From: an uncultured archaeon
Lineage (GTDB): Archaea; Altiarchaeota; Altiarchaeia; JAFGQM01
Assembly (NCBI GenBank): GCA_964592405.1
Contig: CAZQBY010000012.1
Span: forward strand, 1-32,508
DNA length: 32,508 nt
Reading direction: 5' to 3'
Shown here: piece by piece, positions 1-9,665 of the stretch
Position numbering within the stretch: the first letter of the stretch is position 1
How the letters are laid out: every line of letters starts with the position of its first letter
The notes under the pieces: generated by a model
What the model saw: only the letters and a program-made list of their open reading frames with translations
What the model was told of the DNA's origin: nothing
The model's database searches: none
Program-made: the position numbers and the translations under genes

Positions 1-365
1 TGCGACGACGGCTTGGACAACGACTGCGACGGATATGTGGATCTGGATGATTTGGATTGCCGTTCCTGCGAGACGGATGATGATTGTGATGATGGTCTGT
101 TCTGTAACGGAGTAGAAACCTGCAACTTGGAGACCTTCACCTGCACTGCTGGAATCCCGCCAGACTGTGATGACAATGAGTCATGTACTATCGACACCTG
201 TGAGGAGAGTGAAGGTCCTGTTTGTCTCCACACGCCAATAGACGAGGACAATGACACTTATGACATCTGCGAGGGCGAGGAGCAGGACTGCGATGACAGT
301 GACTCCTCGATAAATCCTGGGGCTGCTGAGGTATGCGACGACGGCTTGGACAACGACTGCGACGG
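1..365 (+). repeat. Identical 32-nt intragenic direct repeat (1-32 and 334-365)
   Basis: TGCGACGACGGCTTGGACAACGACTGCGACGG occurs at both positions and encodes CDDGLDNDCDG. Confidence 0.9.
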
Positions 366-1533
366 CCTCGTGGACTGCGACGACTCGGACTGCGACGGCT
401 CCGACGCCTGCACTCATACCGAATGCAACTACGGTAATTTCACCTGCAACCCTGTTTCCGGGCCAGGAGAAGATGAGTGCGAGTCCGACGAGGACTGCTG
501 GACCATTATAGAAGTTGTGAAGGAGGCCAATGTCACCAACGCCACCCATGGTCAGCCGATAAGCTGGACGATAACAGTCGTGAACCTGGGCATAATCGAC
601 GTGCATGTCCTGCTAAGTGACAGCAATGGCCGGAATTTCACTATTGAGATATTGCCTTATGGAGAGGAGAATTCTTGGTCTGTCAGTTACACTACAAATG
701 CCTCCTGCGACGATATAAACAACACGGTAAATGCGACTGCCATGAGCGAGGCTGGTAACTACTCTACCAGTGCGTTTGCTTTTGTTCAGATCATTACCTG
801 TGGCGATGGAATCTGTAACTGTGATGAAACCTGCAGCTCATGTCCTACTGACTGCGGTCCCTGTTCCAATGGCGGAGGCGGAGGCGGACGCAGACGCAGG
901 GGCGGCGGAGGTGGAGGCGGTGTTGGAATCTTTACCGGTGGCATAGAACTCCCACCGCCCGAGGAGCCAGAACTTCCAGAGGCGGAGCTGCAAGTCGAAC
1001 CGGAACCACAGCCGGAACCACAGCCAGAGCCAGAAGAAACCATTGGAGAGCCGGAGCCGGCGACTGTGGAGCAGCCACCAGAGACTCCAACCGGAGGTGC
1101 AGTCACAACTGCAGAGCCCAGTTTCTGGCCATGGCTTGCTGCGATAGCAGCTATAGCAGGCCTGTTTCTCATATTCCTGTTCTTGCGCAGGAAGACAAAC
1201 TACATAGTCACACGTGAGTTTATCGATACTCTTGCAGAAGAAGACCGGATGGCGGAGTTCAGGGAATTCGCAGAGGACAATAATGTGTATATGCTTGGCG
1301 AGGTTCCAGAAGACCTTGAAGATCTGATCAAACAGGCCTTCCTGAAGGATGAAGACAAGGTAGATGCGAGGAAGCTGGCCAAGGACAAGGGCATAAGCAT
1401 GCAGTATGCCGAGGCACTGATATTAGCCAGACTGACAAAATCGGTTATCCTTACGGATGATGAGGAGATTCACGCCATCTGTGAGGATCTGGGTGTTGAA
1501 TTTATGCCTCTGAAGAAGCTCAAGGCCAGCTAG
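1..1533 (+). CDS. Cys/Asp-rich cell-surface protein (5'-truncated): metal-binding-type repeats, DUF11-like domain, Gly and Pro/Glu stalk, TM anchor, cytoplasmic PIN-like tail
   Basis: Frame is open from base 1 (CDDGLDNDCDG). Repeats such as DCDDSDSSINPGAAEVCDDGLDNDCDGLVD resemble the PF11617 putative metal-binding motif. IEVVKEAN...GQPISWTITVVNLG is DUF11-like with many N-x-S/T sequons. Also CGDGIC..ETC..CP.DC motif, TM WPWLAAIAAIAGLFLIFLFL followed by RRK, then a ~110-aa soluble tail. Confidence 0.8.
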   Translation, partial: CDDGLDNDCDGYVDLDDLDCRSCETDDDCDDGLFCNGVETCNLETFTCTAGIPPDCDDNESCTIDTCEESEGPVCLHTPIDEDNDTYDICEGEEQDCDDSDSSINPGAAEVCDDGLDNDCDGLVDCDDSDCDGSDACTHTECNYGNFTCNPVSGPGEDECESDEDCWTIIEVVKEANVTNATHGQPISWTITVVNLGIIDVHVLLSDSNGRNFTIEILPYGEENSWSVSYTTNASCDDINNTVNATAMSEAGNYSTSAFAFVQIITCGDGICNCDETCSSCPTDCGPCSNGGGGGGRRRRGGGGGGGVGIFTGGIELPPPEEPELPEAELQVEPEPQPEPQPEPEETIGEPEPATVEQPPETPTGGAVTTAEPSFWPWLAAIAAIAGLFLIFLFLRRKTNYIVTREFIDTLAEEDRMAEFREFAEDNNVYMLGEVPEDLEDLIKQAFLKDEDKVDARKLAKDKGISMQYAEALILARLTKSVILTDDEEIHAICEDLGVEFMPLKKLKAS

Positions 1534-1538
1534 TCATA

Positions 1539-2528
1539 TTACCGCTCCCTTTTGACTATATAGCTAGCCAGGTCCAGAAGCAGCTTTTTGGCTGGTGAAT
1601 CCGGCAGAACAGATAATCTCTTCTTTCCACCCTCTATAAGCTCTCTGGCAGTGTTGGCCCCCCGCTCAACGGACCCGTATTTATTGAGTATCTCTATGGT
1701 CTCTTTTATCTCCTCATAGGAATTTTCCTCCTTGTCTAGGATATGCGTCAGCCGTCTTTTTTCTTCAGGCGTGCAGAGGGCAAGTGTGTAGATGATGGCC
1801 AGAGTGCGTTTGCCCTCATTAATATCGCCCCCTATCTCCTTGCCATATTTCTTAACATCTCCTGTGAGATTTAGGACATCATCATGTATCTGAAATCCTA
1901 CACCCAAATCCATGCCGAAGTTGGCCAGAGCATCAATCTGCCTTTTGGTTCCGCCGCCGAGTATCCCTCCAACCTTACATGAAACCGCCATCAATGCACC
2001 GGTCTTCCTGCGTATCATGCTGAGATATGCGTCCTCGGTCAGGTCCCACTGCCTTTCCTGCACCCATGATATATCCATGGCCTGCCCCTCGCATACTCTG
2101 GTCGTAGCTTTTGTAATATCCGCAATAATCTCAGGCTTTCCACTTTGGATAACTGCATCAGAAAGGGCTTCATATGCAACAGAAAAGAGACCATCACCGG
2201 CATTTATGGCGATTCCCAGCCCATATTTGTGGTGAAGACAGGGTTTACCCCTCCGGAGCTTGCTTCGGTCGGCTATATCATCATGTATCAGGGTGAAATT
2301 GTGTATCATCTCTATGGCAGCCGCAGCCTTGAGGGCATCTCTTCTGTTGCCTCCAACAGCCTCACAGGATATCATGCAAAGGGCCGGTCTTATCCTCTTC
2401 CCCCCGCGCGAGAAGAGATTTCTCAATGGCTTGTAGAGCTCTTCAACATCCCTGTCCAGATATCGCGATATTTCAGCATCTACAAGCCTCATATAGGGGG
2501 ACAGCCTTTTCTTCACATCCAGATCCAC
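1539..2528 (-). CDS. idsA: Geranylgeranyl diphosphate synthase (short-chain polyprenyl synthetase)
   Basis: GGKRIRP; first Asp-rich motif FTLIHDDIAD..LRRG with an aromatic residue at -5 (type I GGPPS); GQAMD; KTGAL; second motif FQIHDD; DINEGK. GTG start. Confidence 0.92.
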   Translation of the reverse strand: MDLDVKKRLSPYMRLVDAEISRYLDRDVEELYKPLRNLFSRGGKRIRPALCMISCEAVGGNRRDALKAAAAIEMIHNFTLIHDDIADRSKLRRGKPCLHHKYGLGIAINAGDGLFSVAYEALSDAVIQSGKPEIIADITKATTRVCEGQAMDISWVQERQWDLTEDAYLSMIRRKTGALMAVSCKVGGILGGGTKRQIDALANFGMDLGVGFQIHDDVLNLTGDVKKYGKEIGGDINEGKRTLAIIYTLALCTPEEKRRLTHILDKEENSYEEIKETIEILNKYGSVERGANTARELIEGGKKRLSVLPDSPAKKLLLDLASYIVKRER

Positions 2529-2560
2529 GTGATATTAATTATTTGAACAATAAAAGATAT

Positions 2561-3142
2561 GTGATATCTATTATAGATTACGGTGCAGGGAATCTCAAAA
2601 GCATTGCAAATGCCCTAAAAAAAGCAGGAGCTGAAAGCGAGATAACTACTGATCTGGGCGATACTGACGCGATAATACTTCCCGGAGTTGGCAATTTTGG
2701 TGATGCCATGCAGAGGATAGGGCCCATCAGGACAAAACTGCTGGATGCAATCGATGCCGGCGTGCCCTTCTTGGGATTGTGCTTGGGGCTGCAGATACTC
2801 TTCGACAGCAGTGAAGAGGCGCCGGGCATCGGAGGTTTGGGCCTCATCCCTGAGACCTGCAAGCGTTTTGTGATGGATAAGGTTCCACATATGGGCTGGA
2901 ATCAGGTTTATGATATGGAGGGTATGCTGTTTGATGGTATCAGGGAAGGTGAAAGCTTTTATTTTGTCCACTCCTATTATGCCCCCATAGTGGCGGAGAC
3001 CTCTGCAGTGTGTGAATATGGCGTCAAGTTCTCTGCCGCCGTCCAGAAGGCTAACCTCTACGCCTGCCAGTTCCACCCGGAGCGAAGCGGGGAAGCCGGG
3101 CTAAAGGTCCTCGCTAACTTCGTGAAGGAAGCCCGGCGATAA
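2561..3142 (+). CDS. hisH: Imidazole glycerol phosphate synthase glutamine amidotransferase subunit
   Basis: IIDYGAGNLKS, ILPGVGNF, catalytic GLCLGLQ, VPHMGWN, YFVHSY, QFHPE. Start reassigned to GTG at 2561 because the longer ORF overlaps idsA. Confidence 0.95.
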   Translation: MISIIDYGAGNLKSIANALKKAGAESEITTDLGDTDAIILPGVGNFGDAMQRIGPIRTKLLDAIDAGVPFLGLCLGLQILFDSSEEAPGIGGLGLIPETCKRFVMDKVPHMGWNQVYDMEGMLFDGIREGESFYFVHSYYAPIVAETSAVCEYGVKFSAAVQKANLYACQFHPERSGEAGLKVLANFVKEARR

Positions 3143-3154
3143 GCATCCCTTGTG

Positions 3155-3784
3155 CTATAGCCACATTCCCATTACCCTCAAATAGGGCATTACGACTGAT
3201 GTAAGCCCGTAGTAGAAAACTATCACCACGCTTAGACCCAGCACGCCCGCCCCGACGTATGCGGTTATCAAATCTGTCGAGAACAGCTCCTTCAGCGAGC
3301 GGTACAGAGTGGCGAATCCCAATACTGCGCCCCATAGGACCAGCACTCCTCCCAGTAGTGTCGTGGCCGCCCATGCGGTCATGTTAACGCTGAGTATCCC
3401 GAGCAGAGAGATCAACCCTGCAACGAACAGGGTGATGCCCGGGACGAAGATGCTGTAGGCTATGGATGTCAATCCCTCAAAGAAGCCGCCTGTGCCGCCA
3501 AGAGCCCTCATTGCCACGCTTGTGAGGTATCCCAGGAACAGCCCCCCTAAGAACACCAGCATGAATGTCGCGAAGGCGTTTATGAGTGCTATTGCCACCA
3601 CCCCGATCTGTTGGGGGCGGTAGTAGGTTGAGGGACTTCCCCCCACAGCCGCCATCATACCTGCCGATATCGCCAGCAGCACGGAAACTATCAACAAAAG
3701 AAGAACCGCCGTCCCAATGCTCCTGGTGGCCTTGGCCTGCATTATGGCCTCGACCGGATTCGTGAACAAAGATATTATGCCCAT
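3155..3784 (-). CDS. Multi-pass membrane protein, Yip1-like
   Basis: N-terminal LFTNPVEA, about five hydrophobic segments, and ALGGTGGFFEGLTSIAYS matching the Yip1-family LGG.G.F..L...Y pattern. Confidence 0.65.
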   Translation of the reverse strand: MGIISLFTNPVEAIMQAKATRSIGTAVLLLLIVSVLLAISAGMMAAVGGSPSTYYRPQQIGVVAIALINAFATFMLVFLGGLFLGYLTSVAMRALGGTGGFFEGLTSIAYSIFVPGITLFVAGLISLLGILSVNMTAWAATTLLGGVLVLWGAVLGFATLYRSLKELFSTDLITAYVGAGVLGLSVVIVFYYGLTSVVMPYLRVMGMWL

Positions 3785-3945
3785 TTTGCCATCTCCTATT
3801 GTTTTAGCCTAACCCATTCCCTTTGTTTTTGACTTGAAATATAAGGAAATCAAGCATAAAAATGGCCGGGATACATTTTTATAGGTCAAGCCGTTATAAT
3901 CACAACCCAAAAACCCTCGGTGTTTTCAATTGGGAGGTTTAAAAA

Positions 3946-4428
3946 ATGGTTAAGAAAGTAGTAAGTGATGTGATGGAGCGTGGAGATGACCAAGTGGAAG
4001 CCATAGTGACCAAGCCCGGAGAGTACGTTGACAAGTTTGCAAAGTCCAAGCACGGCAAGAACATCGGTAGCTGGGCCTTTATAATCGGCTTTATAATAGC
4101 CGTATTAGCAGGTCTGGTGGCTGCTGCGAACGCCGCCAAACTGGCAACCATAGACATGACGGTCACCAGCATGCTGACAGGCATACTGGTCCTGATAGGT
4201 GTCATAGTGGGGTTAGTCAACATCTCGGGGAAGGAGTCCGTATCCTTCCTGGTCGCAGCGATTGCGATAATGTCGGGCTCTGCCGGATTTAGCGCACTCG
4301 CTTCACTGAATTTGGGCGTTGTGGCGGCCTTCCTCAACGGGCTGGTCGGTATGATTGCTGTCTTTGTCGCTCCCGCAGCAATTATCGTTGCCCTGAGGGT
4401 CATCTATTCCACGGCAAGGGAGGCATAA
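3946..4428 (+). CDS. Hypothetical membrane protein (~4 TM)
   Basis: SD-like GGAGGT just upstream of the ATG; four hydrophobic segments; T-rich tract after the stop. Confidence 0.75.
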   Translation: MVKKVVSDVMERGDDQVEAIVTKPGEYVDKFAKSKHGKNIGSWAFIIGFIIAVLAGLVAAANAAKLATIDMTVTSMLTGILVLIGVIVGLVNISGKESVSFLVAAIAIMSGSAGFSALASLNLGVVAAFLNGLVGMIAVFVAPAAIIVALRVIYSTAREA

Positions 4429-4435
4429 ATCTTGC

Positions 4436-4454
4436 CCCCTACTTTTTTATTTTT
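4436..4454. terminator. T-rich tract between convergent genes (probable terminator)
   Basis: CCCCTACTTTTTTATTTTT directly after the 3946-4428 stop. Confidence 0.45.
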
Positions 4455-4972
4455 CAGAGCTTAGCGGCAGCTCTGCTCTCGAGGAAGCGGTAGACCGTTG
4501 CATGCCGGGCCCCGTCTATGAGCATCTGGATGGCCTTTTCCGTCAGTTCAACGTCCTCTTCATTGCCGATTATCGAAATGGTCTTGCCATAGACAGATAT
4601 CCGGGTATTCGTCAGGCTCTCAATGGTTCTGCGAACCTTTCCGTTTTCGCCAATTATGCGGGCCCTAACCCTCGTGACATCGGACTTATTGCGATTAAGC
4701 AGGGTGTAAAGGTTGATTATAGAGAGAACCTGATCATCTCTAAGCAGTCTTATGGCGTATTGTGGGCTGAAGCCTCTCCCAACAGCCTTAACGACCTCTA
4801 GGGCCTTCCATTCCTTGAGACCATCCTCATCCGGACAGATTATTGTAATGCTGCCGTCATGTGTGATGTCCAGCTTTACTCCACATCTCTCTTGGAGCAT
4901 CGCCTTGGTTTTTCCCTTCTTTCCAACAAGGGCCCCTACCCGGTCCTTTGGAATCTTTAGATATTCAGCCAT
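4454..4972 (-). CDS. KH-domain rRNA-processing protein (Dim2/Pno1, KRR1-like)
   Basis: Two KH GxxG motifs (LVGKKGKTK and IIGENGKVR), AVGRGFSP, GARHATVYRFLE; overlaps the rio1 stop as in the conserved archaeal rio1-dim2 pair. Confidence 0.92.
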   Translation of the reverse strand: MAEYLKIPKDRVGALVGKKGKTKAMLQERCGVKLDITHDGSITIICPDEDGLKEWKALEVVKAVGRGFSPQYAIRLLRDDQVLSIINLYTLLNRNKSDVTRVRARIIGENGKVRRTIESLTNTRISVYGKTISIIGNEEDVELTEKAIQMLIDGARHATVYRFLESRAAAKL

Positions 4973-5729
4973 TCTTTCCCCTAACCTTTTTTAGCATCTC
5001 TCCGATATTGCATTTGACCCCCAGCCTTTGGAAGAACATGCATATATTTTTCACGTCGCGTTCCAAAAACTCCTCAGCATGCGGATGGCTTAACAGGACG
5101 GCCTGCCCAAAATCTATCAGATAGGGCGTGTCCTTCAACATAAGAATATTGTATTCGCTAAGGTCGGCGTGCACAATCCCGGTCATATAAAGCATCTTTA
5201 CCTGACGGACTATCTCCCTAAAGGTCCTTTCGGGGTTCTTCAGCTTTGACTCCAGCAACCGTTTTGCCGGATGGTCATCACCTATATACTGCATCACCAA
5301 AACATTCTTCTCTATTGCTATTGGTTTGGGTGCGTGTATCCCGGCTTCCTGTGCTTTTTTGAGATTGCGGAACTCTTTCATGGCCCAACACTTGATCAAA
5401 TCGCGTGGGCTTCGCTTGATCCTTTTGAATCGCTCATCGCCCCTGATATACTTCAGAACGCTGGGCTTTCTGAAGTAACTGGCAGATGAAAATCTGAATA
5501 TCTTTATCACTATCCTCCCGTCCCCCAGAATACCGAGAAAGACATCTGCCTCCTTGCCGGTGGCAATGGGCCCCTTTATCTGGTCTATAAACCCGTCTGA
5601 TCCCAGCTTGCCGATACTCTCTAGGGTTTCATAGCTAAAGACACTCCCCTCTATCTTGTGCCTCTCCAAATCTTTTCTCACGGACTCGGCTCTCCTGCGC
5701 CTGTATTCAAGGTCATGCCTGCCTGCCAT
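4965..5729 (-). CDS. rio1: RIO1-family serine/threonine kinase
   Basis: IATGKEADVF, KEFRNL, IVHADLSEYNIL, IDFGQAV, HPHAEEFLERD. Confidence 0.93.
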   Translation of the reverse strand: MAGRHDLEYRRRRAESVRKDLERHKIEGSVFSYETLESIGKLGSDGFIDQIKGPIATGKEADVFLGILGDGRIVIKIFRFSSASYFRKPSVLKYIRGDERFKRIKRSPRDLIKCWAMKEFRNLKKAQEAGIHAPKPIAIEKNVLVMQYIGDDHPAKRLLESKLKNPERTFREIVRQVKMLYMTGIVHADLSEYNILMLKDTPYLIDFGQAVLLSHPHAEEFLERDVKNICMFFQRLGVKCNIGEMLKKVRGKNG

Positions 5730-5765
5730 GGCTAGGTAATTGGAAGTTGCAAACTAAAGAAGGAC

Positions 5766-6053
5766 TTATTCTTCTGAGAGGACCCTGATGTTAGGGATGT
5801 CCTCAAAGCACTTGTTCAGAACAACCTTGTCGCCGATTCCCCCAACATGCTCCTGAGGTATCTCAAAGAAATCCTTCCCCACACCGCTTATACCAAATTT
5901 CTCTTCAAATATTCGGGCCTTCTCTGGATCAACTTCCCCCCTCACCACAAGGGAATACTGCCCATCCTTCTTTAGGTCTAAGTCTTCTATGATGCCCACA
6001 GTGGCACCTGTCTGGTCAACTACCTCGACACCCCTTATTGATTTGGTTCTCAT
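5766..6053 (-). CDS. PRC-barrel domain protein
   Basis: IRGVEVVDQTGATVGIIEDLDL...IPQEHVGGIGDKVVL fits the PRC-barrel pattern. Confidence 0.8.
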   Translation of the reverse strand: MRTKSIRGVEVVDQTGATVGIIEDLDLKKDGQYSLVVRGEVDPEKARIFEEKFGISGVGKDFFEIPQEHVGGIGDKVVLNKCFEDIPNIRVLSEE

Positions 6054-6114
6054 ATAGTAATTTCTTCGTTCAAGAATAAAAGAATGTATTTATGCCTTCT
6101 TTCATAATCTAACT

Positions 6115-7794
6115 GTGGACTCACTTAAGAATATAGTTCTAAATGCAATTTCCGAGCATCTGGAAGGCGTTGCTGAGACCATGATAGGTGAGGTTCCGCC
6201 GGAAATAGGCGGCGATTTTGCTTTCCCCTGCTTTGCCCATGCCAAACAGCTCAGAAAAAAACCCCGGGAGTTGGCTGAGGAACTGGCACAGAAGCTAAGG
6301 GGAGGTTTTATTGAAAAGGCAGAGGCAAAAGACGGATTTGTCAATATATTTCTCAGCCCGCACAGGATAGCAGATGCCCTGCTCGATGAGATACTTCAGC
6401 TTGGAGACGCCTATGGCAGTGGCGGTCACAGGGGGAAGCTCATAGTTGAACATACTTCGGCCAACCCAAATGCACCACTCCATATTGGCCATTTGAGGAA
6501 CTCCATTATTGGCGATTCAATGGTCCGTATACTGCGCTTTGCCGGTTATGATGTGGAGTCACAGTTCTTTGTCAATGACATGGGGGGCCAGCTGGCCGTG
6601 CTTGCATCTAGTCTGGACGGGCGCAACTACAAGAGAGAACTGAAGGAATCCGGCAAAAAGCCGGATATATGGCTTGGTGAGCAGTATGTTGAAGCCAACA
6701 GGAAGGTAGACCCGGAGGTTGCAAAAGCCCTGCAGAAGAACTATGAACGTGGTGGCAGGGCCGTCAAGAAAATCTTTGACTTTATAGTTGATACTGCACT
6801 GACCGGAATGCGCCAGACTCTGGACTCATATGACATACATATTGATACCTTTGTCCGCGAGAGCGACTTTGTATTTGGGGGAGGCGTCAGGGACATCATT
6901 GAGCAGCTGAAAAAAACACCTTATTGGTTTGAGAGGGATGGTGCTTCGGCATTAGACCTGACAAAGTATGGAATAAAGAAAGAGCTGATCCTGCTGAGGA
7001 GCGATGGAACTACCCTTTACACCACCCGCGATTTGACATATCATCTATGGAAACTGAGGAGGGGGGACTGCATCAATGTCATAGCCAATGAGCAGACCCT
7101 GCAGCAAAAGCAGTTGCGCGCAGCCCTTGAGGTGCTTGGCATCAGGGATGTTGAAAAGCGCGTTAGACATCTCTCCTACGAACTGGTGACAGTCCCCGGG
7201 ATGCGCATGTCTTCCCGCACCGGTGAGTTCATCTCTGCAGATGAGCTGCTGGAGGAGGGGATAACACGCGCCCGTAAAGAAATAAACAGCAGACAGCTTG
7301 ATATCCTCACAAAGGACCGTGACCATATTGCCCGGTCCGTGGCCGTCGGCGCCATACGCTTCAACATGGTCAAGATAACTCCGCTGAAACCCATTGAGTT
7401 TAAATGGCATGAGGCCTTAAGTTTTGAAGGGGAATCTGCCCCTTATCTGCAATACAGCCATGCGCGCGCATGCAGAATACTAGAAAAGGCAGGGGATCTC
7501 GGCAGGCCGGAGCCGTCTGCTGTAGAATTTACCAATGAGGAACAAAAGCTGCTTGTGCTTTTGGCCCAGTTTCCCGACAGTGTAAAAGCTGCAGTTTCTG
7601 ACCTGAAACCCAACCTGATAGCCAATTACCTCATCTCCTTGGCTGAAGCCTTCAACCGATTTTATTTCAAATGTCCGGTTCTTGATTCAGAGGAACCTGT
7701 CAGGAGCATGCGATTGGCTATAGTCAGAATGTTCAGGCAGGTTATGGCCAATGGTCTGGGGCTTCTGGGCATAGAGGCCTTAGAGCGCATGTAA
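6115..7794 (+). CDS. argS: Arginine--tRNA ligase
   Basis: VEHTSANPNAPLHIGHLRN (HIGH), RSDGTTLYTTRD, MSSRTG, YLQYSHAR, FY..CPVL, C-terminal ERM. Confidence 0.97.
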   Translation: MDSLKNIVLNAISEHLEGVAETMIGEVPPEIGGDFAFPCFAHAKQLRKKPRELAEELAQKLRGGFIEKAEAKDGFVNIFLSPHRIADALLDEILQLGDAYGSGGHRGKLIVEHTSANPNAPLHIGHLRNSIIGDSMVRILRFAGYDVESQFFVNDMGGQLAVLASSLDGRNYKRELKESGKKPDIWLGEQYVEANRKVDPEVAKALQKNYERGGRAVKKIFDFIVDTALTGMRQTLDSYDIHIDTFVRESDFVFGGGVRDIIEQLKKTPYWFERDGASALDLTKYGIKKELILLRSDGTTLYTTRDLTYHLWKLRRGDCINVIANEQTLQQKQLRAALEVLGIRDVEKRVRHLSYELVTVPGMRMSSRTGEFISADELLEEGITRARKEINSRQLDILTKDRDHIARSVAVGAIRFNMVKITPLKPIEFKWHEALSFEGESAPYLQYSHARACRILEKAGDLGRPEPSAVEFTNEEQKLLVLLAQFPDSVKAAVSDLKPNLIANYLISLAEAFNRFYFKCPVLDSEEPVRSMRLAIVRMFRQVMANGLGLLGIEALERM

Positions 7795-7795
7795 A

Positions 7796-8344
7796 ATGAC
7801 ACTTCGGTGCCCAAAGTGTGGAAGCAATCGGATAATCTTTTTGTCCACCACGGATGGAACCGCCGTTGGCAGTACAGACCAGAGGTATCTCTGCAAGAAC
7901 TGCGACTACCGCGGCTCACTTATCCTGGATACTCCGGCATCCAAGAAAGAGCCGACAGGCTTTGCCTTGGCCGGAACCCTCATAATGTTAGACCTTTTCC
8001 TGTTCCTTCTGGTCATTGTGCTCTTATTTGCGGACATGATCACAGGGCCTTTAGGACTTGTAGCCCTGACGGCCTGGATAGTTGTTTTTCTGACAACCAT
8101 AGTCTATCTCACAATACATCTTGTACAGGGGAGCGACGAGTGGTACCAGTTGGGCGCCATGCTAACGGGTGGTGCATTTATAGCGCTTGTAATCGGGATG
8201 ATAGCAGCTTTGGACATATATGCTATGTTGCTTCTGATGACATTCTCGGCACTCGGGATGTTCCTGATTAAGTGGATGTTTACCGACACAAGTGAGGATG
8301 AGATTGCCCGGGATTTGAAAAAGCTGAGCAGAGAGATAAAATAG
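7796..8344 (+). CDS. Hypothetical membrane protein with N-terminal Zn ribbon
   Basis: CPKCGS...CKNCDY followed by about four hydrophobic helices; starts 1 nt after the argS stop. Confidence 0.7.
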   Translation: MTLRCPKCGSNRIIFLSTTDGTAVGSTDQRYLCKNCDYRGSLILDTPASKKEPTGFALAGTLIMLDLFLFLLVIVLLFADMITGPLGLVALTAWIVVFLTTIVYLTIHLVQGSDEWYQLGAMLTGGAFIALVIGMIAALDIYAMLLLMTFSALGMFLIKWMFTDTSEDEIARDLKKLSREIK

Positions 8345-8827
8345 TTACCCGCTCTTCATCGGCACCCCTTTGACCCTGCCAGCCTTTTTATTATTGCTGC
8401 GGAGTCTGGGCACTATCTTCCAGCAGATATAACCTATCACAATCCCAATTAGTGCGCCTGCCAATACATCATGAGGATAATGCTCACCGACATAGACTCT
8501 GGATAAACCAACCAGTGCCACATATGTCAGATAGCCTATAAGAACCGGAGCCTCTGACAGAAGAAACACAAGTGGGGCAGCAACCAGAGCAACATGCCTG
8601 CTTGGGAAAGACTGTAGAGGATCCTGGCATAAAACCGGACCAAGCCCACTACACGGTCTTGGTTCTACAACTATGATTTTTATGGCAGTGACCAAAACAA
8701 GGGTCATGAATACTGAAAGGATGACTGGGAGGGCCCATTCTTTCCTGCGGTAGAGGATATACAGGATAATGATGGGCAAAACCAGCAGATAACTCTCGCC
8801 CACGAGAAATATCAGCTCCTCAATCAT
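8345..8827 (-). CDS. PAP2-family membrane phosphatase
   Basis: C1 K-x6-RP (KIIVVEPRP), C2 SFPSRH, C3 SRVYVGEHYPHD. Confidence 0.88.
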   Translation of the reverse strand: MIEELIFLVGESYLLVLPIIILYILYRRKEWALPVILSVFMTLVLVTAIKIIVVEPRPCSGLGPVLCQDPLQSFPSRHVALVAAPLVFLLSEAPVLIGYLTYVALVGLSRVYVGEHYPHDVLAGALIGIVIGYICWKIVPRLRSNNKKAGRVKGVPMKSG

Positions 8828-9665
8828 TTTTCATCAATTCCTTAGTAACCACCTCGCGCATAAGACTAACCGGTGGGTCATAACCCCATATCCTCAGCGA
8901 TTCTGCCCCCTGCCGGACGAACATCTCCAGACCACTTATGGTGCGCGCTCCAGCTTCTTTTGCTTTCCTCAGAAGCCTTGTTTCTAGGGGGTTGTACACA
9001 ATATCCATCACCACCATGTTGGATGGAATACCGGAAGTGAGGGGGGTTTCATCCACCTTTGGATACATTCCAGCAGAGGTTGCGTTTATGAGTATGTCAA
9101 AACCAACAGGGTCCGGGCGCCTCTGGACTTCTATATCCTTCATCTTTTCTCCAATTTCCTTCGCCAGCGCTTCTGCCTTCCTGACTGTCCGGTTGTAGAT
9201 TGTCACATTGGCACCTTCCATCAAACAGCCGAATATTATTGCGCGCGCGGCTCCTCCTGCCCCCAACACAAGGATGTTCTTTTCCCTCAAGTGCGGGACA
9301 ACATCCTTGAGTGCCGATATTGCACCGTGCAGATCTGTATTGAAGCCCATGGCCTTTCTGCCGAACTTCACACAGTTAACAGCACCTATCAGATCAGCGG
9401 CCATCTCCTTCTCATCCAGCAGCTCCACAATGGTCTCCTTGTGGGGTATTGTAACATTTATGCCGGCATAGTTCTCCTTTAGATAGTCATAAGCCCTGCT
9501 CAGGTTCTCCACCTCAAGCGCCTCATATGTTGCATTAACGCCCAAGGCTCTGAAAGCGGCGGTGTGCATGACCGGCGACAAGCTGTGTTTGATGGGATTT
9601 CCGATTACTGCATATTTTTTCACTTCTCCATCCGGATGTGTCACCATTCCTGCTTTTTTGGTCAT
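8820..9665 (-). CDS. aroE: Shikimate dehydrogenase
   Basis: GNPIKHSLSP, NVTIPHK, GAVN, NTD, GAGGAARA, NRT, DIVYNP. Start set at the ATGA overlap with the rqcH stop (9665). Confidence 0.95.
   Translation of the reverse strand: MTKKAGMVTHPDGEVKKYAVIGNPIKHSLSPVMHTAAFRALGVNATYEALEVENLSRAYDYLKENYAGINVTIPHKETIVELLDEKEMAADLIGAVNCVKFGRKAMGFNTDLHGAISALKDVVPHLREKNILVLGAGGAARAIIFGCLMEGANVTIYNRTVRKAEALAKEIGEKMKDIEVQRRPDPVGFDILINATSAGMYPKVDETPLTSGIPSNMVVMDIVYNPLETRLLRKAKEAGARTISGLEMFVRQGAESLRIWGYDPPVSLMREVVTKELMKND

Noticed and set aside
871-921. GGGGGG-RRRR-GGGGGGG segment as a special element
   Set aside because: Gly-rich linkers with basic residues are common before the stalk of archaeal surface proteins; nothing further supports a distinct role.
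2426-2560. N-terminal extensions given by the ORF track (hisH here; likewise aroE 9666-9698, gar1 12472-12501 and 27904-28059)
   Set aside because: They overlap neighbouring genes or promoter DNA; family-typical starts lie downstream.
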